From the human T2T-CHM13v2.0 reference genome, Homo sapiens, in assembly GCF_009914755.1 (NCBI RefSeq), contig NC_060929.1: a stretch of DNA of 64,000 bases, one strand, 5' to 3'. A program made the translations under genes and the position numbers. Shown here one piece after another: positions 1-16,379 of this stretch (position 1 is its first letter; each line of letters begins with the position of its first letter). The notes beneath the pieces are model-generated. The model ran no database searches and was not told the origin of the DNA. It saw nothing but the letters and a program-made list of their open reading frames with translations.

Positions 1-885
1 AAGGTCTTATATCCAGCATCTATGAGGAACTTAAACTTACAAGAAAAAAAACAAACAACTGCATTAAAAAGTGGGCAATGGACATGAAGTTTTCTTTTGA
101 TACTTTTCAAAAGAAGAAATACATGTGGTTGACAAACTTATGAAAAAAACTTAATATTACTGATCATTAGAGAAATGCAAATGAAAACTACACCAGTCAA
201 AATGGCTATTACTAAAAAGTCAAACAATAACAAGTGCTGGTGAGGTTGTGGAGAAAAAGGAACACTTATACACTGGTGGTGGGAGTGTAAATTAGTTTAA
301 CCATTGTGGAAAACAGTGTGCTAATTCCTCAAAGACTTAAAAACAAAACTATCATTCGACCCAGCAATCCCATTACTGGGTATATACCCAAAGGAATATA
401 AATTATTCTGTCATAATGACACATGCACTTGTATGTTCATTGCAGCACTAGTCATGATAGCAAAAACATGAAATCAACCTAAATGCCTATCTATTGTAGA
501 CTGGACAAAGAAAATGTGGTATGTATACACCATGAAATACTATGAAGCCATAAGAATGAAATCATGTCTTTTGCAGGAGTATGGACAGAGCTGGAGGCCA
601 TTATCCTTAGCAAATTAACATGGAAGAGAAAACCAAACACTGCATGTTCTCACCTATAGGTAAGAGCTAAGTGATGAGAACACATGGACACATACAAGGG
701 AACCACAGACACAAGGGAACCACAGACATTGGAGGGTGGAAGGTGAGAGGAGGGAGAGGATCAGGAAAAATAACTAATAGGGCCTGGGCTTAATACTGAG
801 GTGACAAAATAATCTGCACAACAGACCCCCATGATACAAGTTTACCTAAAAAATTAAGGTAATCCTAGACTTTAAAGAAAGTTTT
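1..885 (+). mobile_element. LINE-1 3' end (ORF2 C-terminus + 3'UTR), L1PA15/16-L1PB-like; continues off the left edge
   Basis: Typical L1 motifs: gacccagcaatcccattactgggtatatacccaaaggaa; catgttctcac; 3'UTR gggagaggatcaggaaaaataacta...gtgacaaaataatctgcacaac. Confidence 0.9.
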
Positions 886-919
886 AAAATTTTGTGATTC
901 CATCAGTTTGAACCATGCC

Positions 920-1190
920 TGCTTTTGGAAACCTATCCTGATTGGCTCCTCCCCCTCATCTCCACCTCTGACTGGATTAGGTTTCCCTCCTTGATGCCCC
1001 CACAGTAGCCACTGACTAATCTATGAATTTATTCAGTTTGTATAGAAACGTCCTCTTTCTTGACTTGTCTCTTCTAATAGCATATAAGCTCTGTGCATAT
1101 AGGTTTGCCTTTTGTTTTCTGTTAGAGACACAGGACATACTGTAAGACCTGGCATATAGTAACTACCTAATACATGTTTGTTGAATGAAC
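920..1190 (+). mobile_element. L2 3' remnant
   Basis: Ends in cctggcatatagtaactacctaatacatgtttgttgaatgaa, resembling the L2 3' terminus. Confidence 0.55.
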
Positions 1191-2329
1191 ACTTAAGTCG
1201 TGCCTTCTCAATCCTAACAGAACTTGTGCTTTTAGGTTACAGGCTTAAGAAGACAAACATGACAAGGGTGGATATGTGTGTATTGACCCTTCCAGACTTT
1301 TCTGGCCTTGTGAACAAAGAAAATTGCCCTTCTGTGAGATGATTAGAGAGAGGACCCCATTCCCCCAATTAGCACCTGCAGCATTAAAGCTCCATTTCTT
1401 GGGTTCAGACAGTGGTTGTTGGATTTTTAGGAGACCTCTGCCAAAATGTACGGTGAGGAAGTTCACACACGAATCCCTTTTCAGCTAACACTTCCGTCTT
1501 TACTTTTATCAGTTAATGCTTCAGTAAGCATTTTTAGAAATGCAGTAGCAGCCAGAGAGTAACAGAGAAAGAATAGCATATGAACAAGAAACACAGGAGG
1601 ATGCCAAGACAGTTTTCACCTCCTCTGCAATTTAGCTCAGGTGTGGCCTTGCTTGTAAGTACCAGCCTCCTCCTGAATTTGTGTGTGGATTCAACATTTT
1701 GAATTGAAGCATCCAAGTTTTCAGTTTTGTAGAAAACAAAATTCTCCCATCTTCCTTTAACTCTCATCAGATGTGATCCTAAAATCTACATATATAATCT
1801 TTACCTTTTAGCAGGTGTTGGACTTATAGCTCCCACTAACTGCAGAAAATTTTTAAATGAATATACTTCTCTGCCTTCAAATCCAAAATGAATAAGAGCA
1901 AATTTGAAATCTTTCTTTCCAAATAATTTTTTTGGATAAAGTACTTAGATTAGAAAAGTTTACATTTATATTTTCCAATTCCTTTTCCTGATAGTTCTAC
2001 ATGTACTATTATTTAAAGTAGCTTTTGATTTTTGCCTTATTTACCAGTTTCAATTAATTGCCACTGTTCTGAGATTGCACTCTCAAATGCCCCTAGTAGC
2101 CAGACAACCACAATAATTCAACAATATAGTCCATGCAAATAAACAAATGTGTATTTTTTCACATTAAGTTTTCAAAATTTTATTCACAGGTGAAATTGTT
2201 TTGAAAGCTGAAATATTTCAGAAAAGCATTCCCAGGGCCTCCATTTTATGGCAAAAATGTATTACACCCTACTCTTAGGGCCAGCTTCAAGAACAGGTGA
2301 CCTGTAATGATAAATAGTGCCCCCATGTT

Positions 2330-2356
2330 ACACACACACACACACACACATACACA
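2330..2356. repeat. (CA)n microsatellite
   Basis: acacacacacacacacacacatacaca. Confidence 0.9.
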
Positions 2357-2709
2357 GTATTAGTTCATTTCACACTGCTATAAGGATACTACTGAGTAAT
2401 TTATAAAGGAAAGAGGGTTAATTGTCTCAGTTCTGCATGGCTGGGGAGGCCTCAGGAAACTTACAATCATGGCGGAAGGCAAAGGGGCAGCAAGATGTGT
2501 CTTACGTGGTGGCAGGAGAGAGAGAGAGGAGAAAGTGAAGGGAGAAGTGCCCCTTATGAAACCATCAGCTCTTATGAGAACTCACTCACTGTCATGAGAA
2601 CAACATGGGGGAAACTACTCCAGTGATCCAATCACCTCCCTTCCTCCACACATGGGGATTACAATTCGAGATGAGGATTTGGGTGGGGACACAGAGCCAA
2701 ACCATATCA
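2357..2709 (-). mobile_element. THE1D-like MaLR solo LTR
   Basis: gtattagttcattttcacactgctataa...ggggaggcctcaggaaacttacaatcatggcggaagg...gggtggggacacagagccaaaccatatca. Confidence 0.9.
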
Positions 2710-3271
2710 ACACATGTGGAAAGCCCTCTGCTGTTACTGTCATGAAACTCCTTATACGTTTTAAACAGATGCCTCATATTTTCATTTTGTAGTAGGCCCC
2801 ACAAATTATATTTGTGGGTCCTGTATACTCAAAGCCATTATCATTCTCCACCTGAATTACTGAAACAGTGCCTCAGTTTGTGCCCCTCCCACTGGGGTTT
2901 CTGTTCTCAAGCCTTCCAACGTACAGCTATGGGACTGATTTTCCCAGATACCCATTTCATTATGTTCTACAATTTGTATCCTAAGTTTCTCTGCTTGGTG
3001 AAGACCTCACTTCAGAACCTGGCACTTCTCTGAATTATTTCTTGCAGTTTCTGATATGATTCTGTAGTCAGGCTGGTCTTACCATTATCCCCTATTTAGT
3101 GAGTCTTAACTCTACATTAAAGCTCATGCTCCTGGTTAAACAAAAAATGTGACCTTCCCTCTTTTCTGCATATCCAGAACCATCTCCAGTTGGTTAGCCC
3201 CAGTGCTTGCTTCTCCACAAATCTTTCTAATTATTCTCACACTTGAGCATTTACCCTACAGGAAAACTTTG

Positions 3272-6257
<2,986 letters not shown>

Positions 6258-7431
6258 TAACAAGGATATTCAGGACTTGAACTCAGCTCTGGATCAAGTG
6301 AACCTAATAGACATCCAGAACTCTCCACACCAAATCAACAAAATATACATTCTTCTTAGTGCCACATGGCACTTATTCTAAAATTGACTACAAAATTGGA
6401 AGTAAAACACTCCTCAGCAAGAACTGAAATAATAACAAACAGTCCCTCAGACCACAGTGCAATCAAATTAGAACTCAGGATTTAGAAACTCACTCAACCT
6501 ACAGAATGGGAGAAAATTTTTACAATCTACCCATCTGACAAAGGGCTAATATCCAGAATCTGCACAGAACTTAAACGAATTTACAAGAAAAAATCAAATA
6601 ACCCCATCAAAAAGTAGGCTAAGGTTATGAACAGACACTTCTCAAAAGAAGACATTTATGCAGCCAACAGACACATGAAAAAATGCTTGTCATCACTGGC
6701 CATCAGAGAAATGCAAATCAAAACCACAGTGAGATAACATCTCACGCCAGTTAGAATGGCAACCATTAAAAAGTCAGGAAACAACAGGTGCTGCAAAGAG
6801 TGTGGAGAAATAGGAACACTTTTACACTGTTGGTGGGTCTGTAAACTAGTTCAACCATTGTGGAAGAAAGTGTGGTGATTCCTCAAGGATCTAGAACTAG
6901 AAATACCATTTGACCCAGCCATCCCATTACTGGATATATACCCACAGAATTATAAATCATCATGCTATAAAGACACATGCACACGTTTGTTTATTGTGGC
7001 ACTATTCACAATAGCAAAGACTTGGAACCAGCCCAAATGTCCATCAATGATAAACTGGATTAAGATAATGTGGCATATATACACCATGGAATACCATGCA
7101 GCCATAAAAAAGGATGAGTTCATGTCCTTTGTAGGGACATGGATGAAGCTGGAAACCATCATTCTCAGCAAACTATCACAAGGACAGAAAACCAAACACC
7201 ACATGTTCTCACTTATAGGTGGGAATTGAACAATGAGAACACTTGGACACAGGGTGGGGAACATAGCATATCGGGCCTGTCATGGGGTGAGGGGAGGGGG
7301 GAGGGATAGCATTAGGAGATATACCTAATGTAAATGACGAGTTAATGGGTGCAGCACACCAACATGGCACATGTATACATATGTAAAAAACCTGCACGTT
7401 GTGCACCTGTACCCTAAAACTTAAAGTATAA

Positions 7432-7470
<39 letters not shown>

Positions 7471-8003
7471 AACAAACTCACTCAAAGCCACACAATTACA
7501 TGGAAATTGAACAACCTGCTCCTGAATAACTCCTGGGTAAATAATGAAATTAAGGCAGAAATCAAGAAGTTCTTTGAAACCATTCAGAACAAAGAGACAA
7601 TGTACCAGAATCTCTGAGACACAGCTAATGCAGTGTTAAGAGGGAAATTTATAGCACTAAATGCCCACATCAAAAAGTAGAAAGATCTCAAATCGACACC
7701 CTAACATCACAATTAAAAGAGCTAGAGAGGCAAGAGGAAACTAATCCAAAAGCTAGCAGAAGACAAGAAATAAGATCAGAGCAGGACTGAAGGAGATAGA
7801 GACAGGAAAAACCCTCCAAAAATCAATGAATGCAGGAGTTGGTTTTTTGAAAAAAAAATTAGCAAAATAGATAGACTGTTAACTAGACTAATAAGGAAGA
7901 AAAGAGAGAAAAATCAAATAAACACAATAAAAAAATAATAAAGGGGTTATCACCACTGACCCACAGAAATACAAACTACCATCAGAGAATACTATAAACA
8001 CCT
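6258..8003 (+). mobile_element. Inverted 5' segment of the same L1 (ORF2 endonuclease/Z region), interrupted by a younger L1
   Basis: Sense L1 ORF2 from aacaaggatattcaggacttgaactcagc to atcagagaatactataaacacct; its end lies about 20 nt upstream (L1 coordinates) of where the minus-strand part begins. Confidence 0.9.
6498..7473 (+). mobile_element. 5'-truncated L1PA5-like element nested in the older L1; (TAAA)n tail; 12-bp TSD
   Basis: TSD aaactcactcaa at 6486-6497 and 7474-7485; 3'UTR gggatagcattaggagatatacctaatgtaaatgacgag. Confidence 0.95.
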
Positions 8004-9996
8004 GTAGGTTTTTTACTTTTAAAAACCTGTTATTATGGATTAAGTGTAGGATAATATACTGACCAGAAATTTCAGAAACTGAGCAACAATAACACAGTCC
8101 CTAAAGCTAGTGCTCTTTGCAAGGATCTTACAACTACAAGTAGACAACATGTCTTTCTAGAAGAATTGAATAAATGTGAAAAAATGTAAAGCATCAAGCA
8201 GAGTGTAAGGTTAAAGTTCCTGCCCCAGAACTAACAACAGGTGGCCCTACCATAAGGTGTGCATATGGCTGAGATATGGTGCTACTATGAATTCTGTTCA
8301 CAGAACCGCATCTGGTAACCCATGGGGAATAGAGTCTCTGTCATTGTGACCAGAATTGTGAATCTTATAGGCAACAGATGTGATGGCTTATCACAAAATC
8401 TTAGCAATGAAGTGACTTTTATTCTTCTAGTCCATTCCCCTTTTTAGTAAAGATATTTCTTTCATGACATTCTTATCTGATTGACTACTTCAAATTAACT
8501 AGTAGAAATGTAGTACAAATACATCTTTTATTCTTGTATGTTGAACATTAATTACACTTTTTTGCATAAGATGAATGTTTTAAGTTTTTTAGATAATTAT
8601 TTACACAGATAATATATTTTACATACAACTGTAATAAATGGAATACCAATGTTCATTTATTTTAAATGGTGTGATTATATATGTGTGTATGTGTATATTT
8701 TCATATATGTATATAAAATTTAGAGGAAAATCAAATTTTACATTTTCAGCCACTTACTGTTAAACAAGTAATCATCTCTTGTGTACGTTGTTACTCATGT
8801 GTATGGAATCATCCTCTTCTTCACTTCAAGACAGGTGGCCATTTATTCATGTGTTGTTTAAATCTGTTTCTTGATGTCATTATTTATTATCTCAATTTGG
8901 ACAGGAGTTCATATAGCCACCTAAATTCAGAGAAGCATTTCATGTGTTTGACCATTACATAGTCACCTATACTGTCTATCTACTTTCTATATCGCAAAAG
9001 AAATAAAATCTTAGGTGCTAATAATAGACATTTACTTTTGTTTTAATGTTTTAAAGTAGTGTCTTAGACATTTTAAACTAATTTCCCTTCAATTAAGTCA
9101 ATGTATGTTAGTGGAGAAAAATGGCAATGCGGTTTCTTAGCAAATATTATAATCAAGCTGTATAATGTTGGAGTAATGATATTACATTTTAAATCTATTA
9201 TAATGAAGGACAGGGAATTACTTTTTTAAGAAAAAATTAAGATGTAAAACAACCTAATAAAAGCATAATAATAGCTGACAACCACAATCCAGTTCTCCTT
9301 TGCACACTTGTCAAACATGCTTGCCATTTCTGATAATACATTTAGATCGTATGACAATCTAACTTTTTCGAATCACTGAGGCTTAAATTCAGGTGTGTTC
9401 TTCTGAGGTTTCTCTCAAAATTTGTCAAATCTCTAGAAGAGTTTTGAAGTCCTCCACACTCTGTCATTAATTATTTAGACATCCACTTCCCTAAAGGTGA
9501 AGATCAAGAGAAGATGATCCCTGGAGGGCCTTTCTGGCTTCACACTAGTATCTCAGATACCCAAGAAGGAAGATGTAAATGATAAACTTGTTTTCTGATC
9601 TTTCTGTCTTACTCATTAGCCAGTACATACTATTGTTTACAAATTTTCATACACTGGCTTAACCCTTTCTTTTCAGGATTCTCTTTGATTCTCTTTTCTA
9701 TTTCTTTTGGGCTTCAGAATTAACTGCTTCTTTCTTCATTGTTCATTCTCTTTGTGGCTTCCTTCAATATCCTGATATTGAAAAGAAAGAAATGAATAAA
9801 AAGAATGACCTCTTGAAAAGCTAAGACAGAGTCAATGGGTTCTCATATTAAAACCTCAGCCATTAAATAATATAATCACCTAGTCTAAAGTAAAAGAACC
9901 ATAAGGTTCTTTTACTACAGCAAGAGTAGTAAGTAGACACTGAAATGTTTCAGTTACCGTGTTCATTCACTGTACTCCAAGAAGAATCAGTTATAG

Positions 9997-10213
9997 CATA
10001 CGTCTGCAAATTACAGCCCTTGGGCCAAATTCAGCCTCTCTCTGTTTTTATAAAGAAAGTTTTACTGAAACACAGCCATGTCCTTTCATTTACATATTGT
10101 CTATGACTTCTTTCTGCAGCAGGATAGAGAGTAGTTGCTTAGAGATCTTATTAGCCCACAAAGTTGAAAATATTTTCTGTCAGGCCCCTTAATAAAAACT
10201 TTGCCAGCCCCTG
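9997..10213 (+). mobile_element. MER58A hAT-Charlie MITE
   Basis: gcaaattacagcccttgggccaaattc...aaagttttactgaaacacagcc...tttgccagcccctg; flanks agttatag/aattatat fit a decayed 8-bp TSD. Confidence 0.85.
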
Positions 10214-10847
10214 AATTATATATCATACCCTGTTTTAAGAAGACCTGTTGTGCCTTGTGCAAAGTAATAGTTTAATATGTTTGTGGAATTTAGGACACTT
10301 TTTTTCTTGTAATTATTAAATAATTTAAGGTAACAATATTTCCAGTTATTATAATCAACACCACTTAATAAAGCCTCTGATTACATTTATATAGAGGCTT
10401 TTTATTTAAAGCAACTAATCGTGTTTTTAAATTAGTTCATGCAGTTAAACGTTTTACAGGGAACTATTTTATATTACTGTGTTTTTCTCAGCTTTCTCCT
10501 TGTTTTCAATTTACAGTTTTCTTTTTGGATCAGTAATATGGTGTGGTCAGTGGTGATTGAAATTGTTATCTAGGATGTGACATTTACATTACTTTAAAAT
10601 TATTGAATAAACTAGACACTAGAAATATTTATTCAACTTATAGAGGTGTATTCCAATAACAGAAAAAAAATAGTTATTTTCAGTCTATGCTACAACCCAT
10701 TGTGAAGTATACTTTAAATTGTAACTTCTTAATGGATCATTTTTGATATTAATCTTATAAATTGTTATTTTTGGTATTCCATGACTGTACATACATGTGT
10801 GTTTGAAAAAGAAACATAACAATATACTCTTTTAAATACAAAAATAA

Positions 10848-11153
<306 letters not shown>

Positions 11154-11639
11154 GCAGTAGGTTAGAAATTTATTGATAAGCCAGACACTCACCAGAGAAG
11201 ACTTTTCTAAAGGTCATTGGATCCCTTTGAGAAAGACAATTTGCCTTATTTCCTTAAATGCATTTCTAATCTAGAATGCCAGTTCTTGTCCTATGTATTT
11301 CTTTGTATTTTACTTTCATTTCTCTTTTTATTTCTATTTGACAATAATTTCTTTGAGAGCCATCAATACATATGTGACTATTTCTGTTTCTTCCAGTTCC
11401 AAGAGACTTCCATTCTTAATAATTCTCAATATTAAACCAAGAGATATTTAGCAGTCACTATAATTAAGTATTAGGCAAAACTTCTGGTCAGTTTTATAAT
11501 TCTAAAAGTCATATATGTTCATTAATCCTGTTCAAAAATAATATGCACTCTGCAAGTACCTATTCTATTAATTTGTGGTATATGGGCTAATAAAATCACA
11601 ATAATTTAATAAAACATATTTAACACATGTTATGGAACA

Positions 11640-11790
11640 AGAAATCTGTACTGTCTGCTTTATGTTTATGCTGTAAGTGCACTTTATTATTGTGGGTTCT
11701 CAAATCCTATTTAAATTAGATGTTATTTTCTTTATTTTACATTTGAAGAAAGAGTCTTAGAGAAGATGCTAGACCCAAGATTCAGATCCA
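11640..11790 (-). mobile_element. MIR remnant
   Basis: ttattttacatttgaagaaagagtcttagagaag resembles the reverse MIR core. Confidence 0.4.
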
Positions 11791-11914
11791 GTTATTAGAT
11801 AGATACCCATTTATCTTCCCATGTTTCATTGGCAGAAAACAAACAAACAAACAAACAACCCTGCAATAAAAATTTTATGGCTTAAAGATTTGTCAGTTTA
11901 ATTCATAGACACAT

Positions 11915-12110
11915 GAAATGATAGAACTGGAAACTACCCCTTCGAAAGGATCCAGCTCAGTCCCTTTATTTTACAAATAAGGATATTGAAGTCCTATTGA
12001 ATTTTTAACCAAACAAACAAACTTATCTTTCGTTAGGAAATTAATTTCTGGCACAGCTAAAACTAGAAGGCAGTTCACTTGCCTCCCAGTGCCGAGGTCT
12101 TTTTGCTATA
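11915..12110 (-). mobile_element. MIR3/MIRc remnant
   Basis: tccctttattttacaaataaggatattgaag...aactagaaggcagttcacttgcctcccag. Confidence 0.55.
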
Positions 12111-13184
12111 CAGCAAGTGTTTATCTTCTTTCCCAAATGCCCTCTATATAATCCAAGTTACCTAAATGCAAGTCTAAAAGGTGATTTTGGTCTTGTTCCT
12201 ATTTGCTGATAAATTTTGAATGCATATGCTGATGTCACCAATACGTACTTACTGGAAAAATAACTTGTATTGCCATATCCTTATTAGATTTCATATTTCT
12301 ATGACTCATACAGTGAGAACAAATTGCCTGTTTTGAAAATCTTAAGCTAAGAAAAAATAAATATGGCCTAAAATTTCTTATTTAGGCCTAAAATATGGCC
12401 TAAATATCAAGAAGATATTTCTCACATTCTGACTCTGAACTTTATACTCAAACTAAAGGACAAATATATTGTCTAGACAAATGGAAACTCATCGAACACA
12501 ATGAAAACATTTTTGTGACTTTTTTCATTCTAAGACTAAGAATATACATTGTTTATATTGTATTCATTTTCAGAATTGTGAGCTCTCATGATGATTTAGG
12601 AAACCTAAATGATATATAAGATCTTTCATTTGGTAGTACTATTCCATTACCATTGATGTTAACATTTGGCAAGTTGGTTAGGCTTTTGACAAGTTTTTTT
12701 AAATTGTAATGAAACAAATGAAGAATTAATTGATAGATAGTACAAGATTCCACATGAAGTTAAGGTTTCCATGAAAGTTTTTACTTGAAAAAAATCATAA
12801 TCACAAGTCTTTATGAAAATGGAAATAATATAAGCAACCCTCACCTCAGAACACTTCTTGCTAATGAGCCGCTTAAAAACAATGTTGCTTGTGCAATAGT
12901 GAATTACATAGTTTGATGCAGAAACAGCATAAATTTGCTAGCTACATACATACATACGCAAACAAATATACATATATATATAGGCATCAGGCACAAAAAA
13001 TTGAGATAAATATTTTTCATTTTGTTTTCATCATTGTTCAAGGTCCTTCTGTTTCACTTACATATGTTATCTTATCCACATCTCCATGCACACCCCTTCC
13101 ATTCGTAAACAATGAATCTAATGTGTTTAGTATAATGTCCTTGAAAAAAAAGTCCATTTTAAATGTATAGTATTGTAATGTTTT

Positions 13185-13372
13185 ATTTACATATGTGGAA
13201 TATATAGAGATATATAAATATATATTTATGTAAATATACGTATATATATGTAAATATATATTTACAAAATATATATTTACATATTTCTATATACATATAT
13301 TTATGTAAATATATATTATATATTATACATATATGTGGAATATATATGTGTATATATACACACACATGGAAT
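13185..13372. repeat. (TA)-rich low-complexity tract
   Basis: Degenerate alternating T/A runs. Confidence 0.85.
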
Positions 13373-13803
13373 GTGTATACATACACATATGTATATGTGT
13401 ATATATGTATACATACACATATGTATATGTGTATATATGTATACATACACATATGTATATGTGTATATATGTATACATACACATATGTATATGTGTATAT
13501 ATGTATACATACACATATGTATATGTGTATATATGTATACATACACATATGTATATGTGTATATATGTATACATACACATATGTATATGTGTATATATGT
13601 ATACATACACATATGTATATGTGTATATATGTATACATACACATATGTATATGTGTATATATGTATACATACACATATGTATATGTGTATATATGTATAC
13701 ATACACATATGTATATGTGTATATATGTATACATACACATATGTATATGTGTATATATGTATACATACACATATGTATATGTGTATATATGTATACATAC
13801 ACA
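13373..13803. repeat. 32-bp minisatellite, 13 apparently perfect copies (13381-13796)
   Basis: Unit atacacatatgtatatgtgtatatatgtatac; it produces the spurious YICIHTH-type ORFs in all six frames. Confidence 0.95.
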
Positions 13804-14399
13804 TTCCATATGTGTATATATGAATGAACATATATATACGCATCTGAATGAACAGTCTTGTGCAAAAGCTGTTGTCATTTCTTAACTTTTTATGATATCT
13901 TAATAAAATATAGCTAAAAGTAACATTTAATAAGGGTATAGAATACACGCTTGAAGAAATAATACTTAAATATACAGATAACATACCATATCCTTGAACA
14001 GAAGAACTGAAAATATAAAGATGCTAATTCTTCAAATTTCATGTGAAAGTGCCAGTATGAATACCCTGAAACTGCTCGCTTTTTCTTGAAACAAAATAAA
14101 TAATGAAAGAACAATTGAAAATATTTTAAAATGTCTAGCCATTTTTGAAAACTAAGTGAAAAAATTTTGTAAACTCCAAATGGGGAGGAAATTCAAATAG
14201 TGACATAAAGCTGACCACCCCGATTGGGGCAAGCTTTCAATCTGAGAAGGAACAGAGGGTTAAAAAGTGCCTCTGGCAGAAATGAGATCAAAGCTGGCAT
14301 TCTAGTATGACCACCTTGTGTTTTCCAGGGGAATTAAATACAGATAGTGATTAACACCTGAATCTTCTTATAGAAATAAATGTGTATATTTTCTAGTGA

Positions 14400-14700
14400 A
14401 ACCTGTATATATAATTTAAAACTGTAAGAGTATTTTCAATCAAACAAAAGGCAAGAATTGATTTCAAAAAAAAAAAAAGCAAACAAACAAGAAAGTATGG
14501 CTAAAATAAAATGCAAAAGAATATGGCAGAAAATTTCAATATTTACCATAAATATAAATGGCTTAAAGTTAACTATTGAAAGTTAAAGAGAATAAGATTA
14601 GATTTTTAGAAAGTCAAATCTAAACACATCTATTGGTAAAACAGTGAGGTTTTTAGAGGACACAGAAAGAAATGAAACCAACAAAAACAGAGGAAGGTAG
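14400..14700 (+). mobile_element. Ancient L1M fragment (start of ORF2)
   Basis: aaatataaatggcttaaagttaactattgaaagttaaagagaataagattagatttt resembles the NVNGLN..IKR region. Confidence 0.45.
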
Positions 14701-14907
14701 TAATATTCCCCAGAGAGGGCAATGATTCAAGTTTCTGGAACCTAAACCCTACCCAGAATTTTGTTCAGTTGATGAGTGCCTCAGACCATCAGGAACTACG
14801 ACTGTCTGTGAGCTAGGCTCAGCTCCATATACATAGGCTAGAGCTGTTGTGCATATGGACTAGATTAGGTAAACTGGGAGGACTTCCTTATTTAGAGATG
14901 ATGGAAA

Positions 14908-16278
14908 TTTTTTTTATTATTATACTTTAAGTTCTGGGGTACATGTGCACAACGTGCAGGTTTGTTACATAGGTATACATGTGCCATGTTGGTTTGCTGC
15001 ACCCATCAACTCATCATTTACATTAGGAATTTCTCCTAATGCTATCCCTCCCCAGCACCACCACCTCCCCACAGGCACCGGTGTGTGATGTTCCCCTCCC
15101 GGTGTCCATGTGTTCTCATTGCTGAACTCCCACTTATGAGTGAGAACATGTGGTGTTTGGTTTTCTCTTCTTGTGTTACTTTACTGAGAATGATGGTTTC
15201 CAGTTTCATCCATGTCCCTGCAAAGGACATGAACTCATCCTTTATTATGGCTGCATAGTATTCCACAGTGTAATGTGCCACATCTTCTTTATTCCATCTA
15301 TCATTGGTGAGCATTTGTGTTGCTTCCATGTCTTTGCTATTGTGAACAGTGCTGCAATAAACATATGTGTGCATGGGTCTTTTTAGTAGAATGATTTATA
15401 ATCCTTTGGGTATATACCTAGTAACGGGATTGCTGAGTCAAATGGTATTTCTAGTTCTAGATCCTTGAGGAATTGCCACACTGTCTTCCACAATAGTTGA
15501 CCTAATTTACACTCCCACCAACAGTGTAAAACATTCCTATTTCTCCATATCCTCTCCAGCATCTGTTGTTTCCTGACTTTTTAATGATCACCATTCTAAC
15601 TGGCATGAGATGGTATCTCATTGTGGTTTTGATTTGAATTTCTCTAATGACCAGTGATGATAAGCATTGTTTTCCATAAGTTTGTTGGCTGCATAAATGT
15701 CTTCTTTTGAGAATTGTCTGTTCATATCCTTTGCCCATTTTTTGATGGGGTTGTTCGTTTTTTTTCTTGTAAATTTGTTTAAGTTCTTTGTAGATTCTGG
15801 GTATCAGCCCTTTATCAGATGGATAGATTGCAACAATTTTCTACCAATCTGTAGGTTGCCTTTTCACTCTGATGATAGTTTCTTTTGCTGTGCAGAAGCT
15901 CTTCGGTTTAATTAGATCCCATTTATCAAATTTGGCTTTTGTTGCCATTGCTTTTGGTGTTTTAGTCATGCAGTCTTTGCCCACGCCTATGTCCTGAATG
16001 GTATTGCCTAGGTTTTCTTCTAGAGTTCTTATGGTTTTAGGTCTAACATTTAAGTCTTTAATCCATCTTGAGTTTATTTTTGTATAAGGTGTAAGGGAGG
16101 GATCCAGTTTCAGCTTTCTACATATGGCTAGCCAGTTTTCCCAGCACCATTTATCAAATAGGGAATCCTTTCCCCATTGCTTGTTTTTGTCAGGTTTGTC
16201 AAAGATCAGATGGTTGGAGATGTGTGGTGTTATTTCTGAGACCTTTGTTATATTCCATTGCTCTATATATCTGTTTTG
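14908..16278 (-). mobile_element. 5'-truncated L1PA7-like element
   Basis: tttttttattattatactttaagttctggggtacatgtgc at the 3' end; ORF 15841-16347 is ORF2 ([15 protein letters not shown]). Confidence 0.95.
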
Positions 16279-16379
16279 TTCATATGTCATTTGTCCCAGA
16301 ACACCCTCAGAGACATTGTTCCCATTTAATGGCAGTCCTTTCTGCAAAGGTGTTTTTAAAAAGGACTTTTAAAAAAGTA

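Larger units (their letters stand above)
2276..2823 (+). mobile_element. MER91A-like hAT-Tip100 MITE, split by (CA)n and a THE1 LTR
   Basis: Left arm tagggccagcttca...gtgacctgt (2276-2328); right arm ctctgctgttactgtcatgaaact...ttttcattttg...ggccccacaaattata...ggtcctg (2715-2823). Confidence 0.7.

Noticed and set aside
13381-13796. Regular 32-bp repeats as a possible CRISPR array
   Set aside because: No unique spacers; head-to-tail tandem repeat in eukaryotic DNA.
13183-13984. Six overlapping 160-230 aa ORFs rich in Y/I/H/C/M/T/V
   Set aside because: Artefact of the stop-free 32-bp purine-pyrimidine minisatellite; not a gene.
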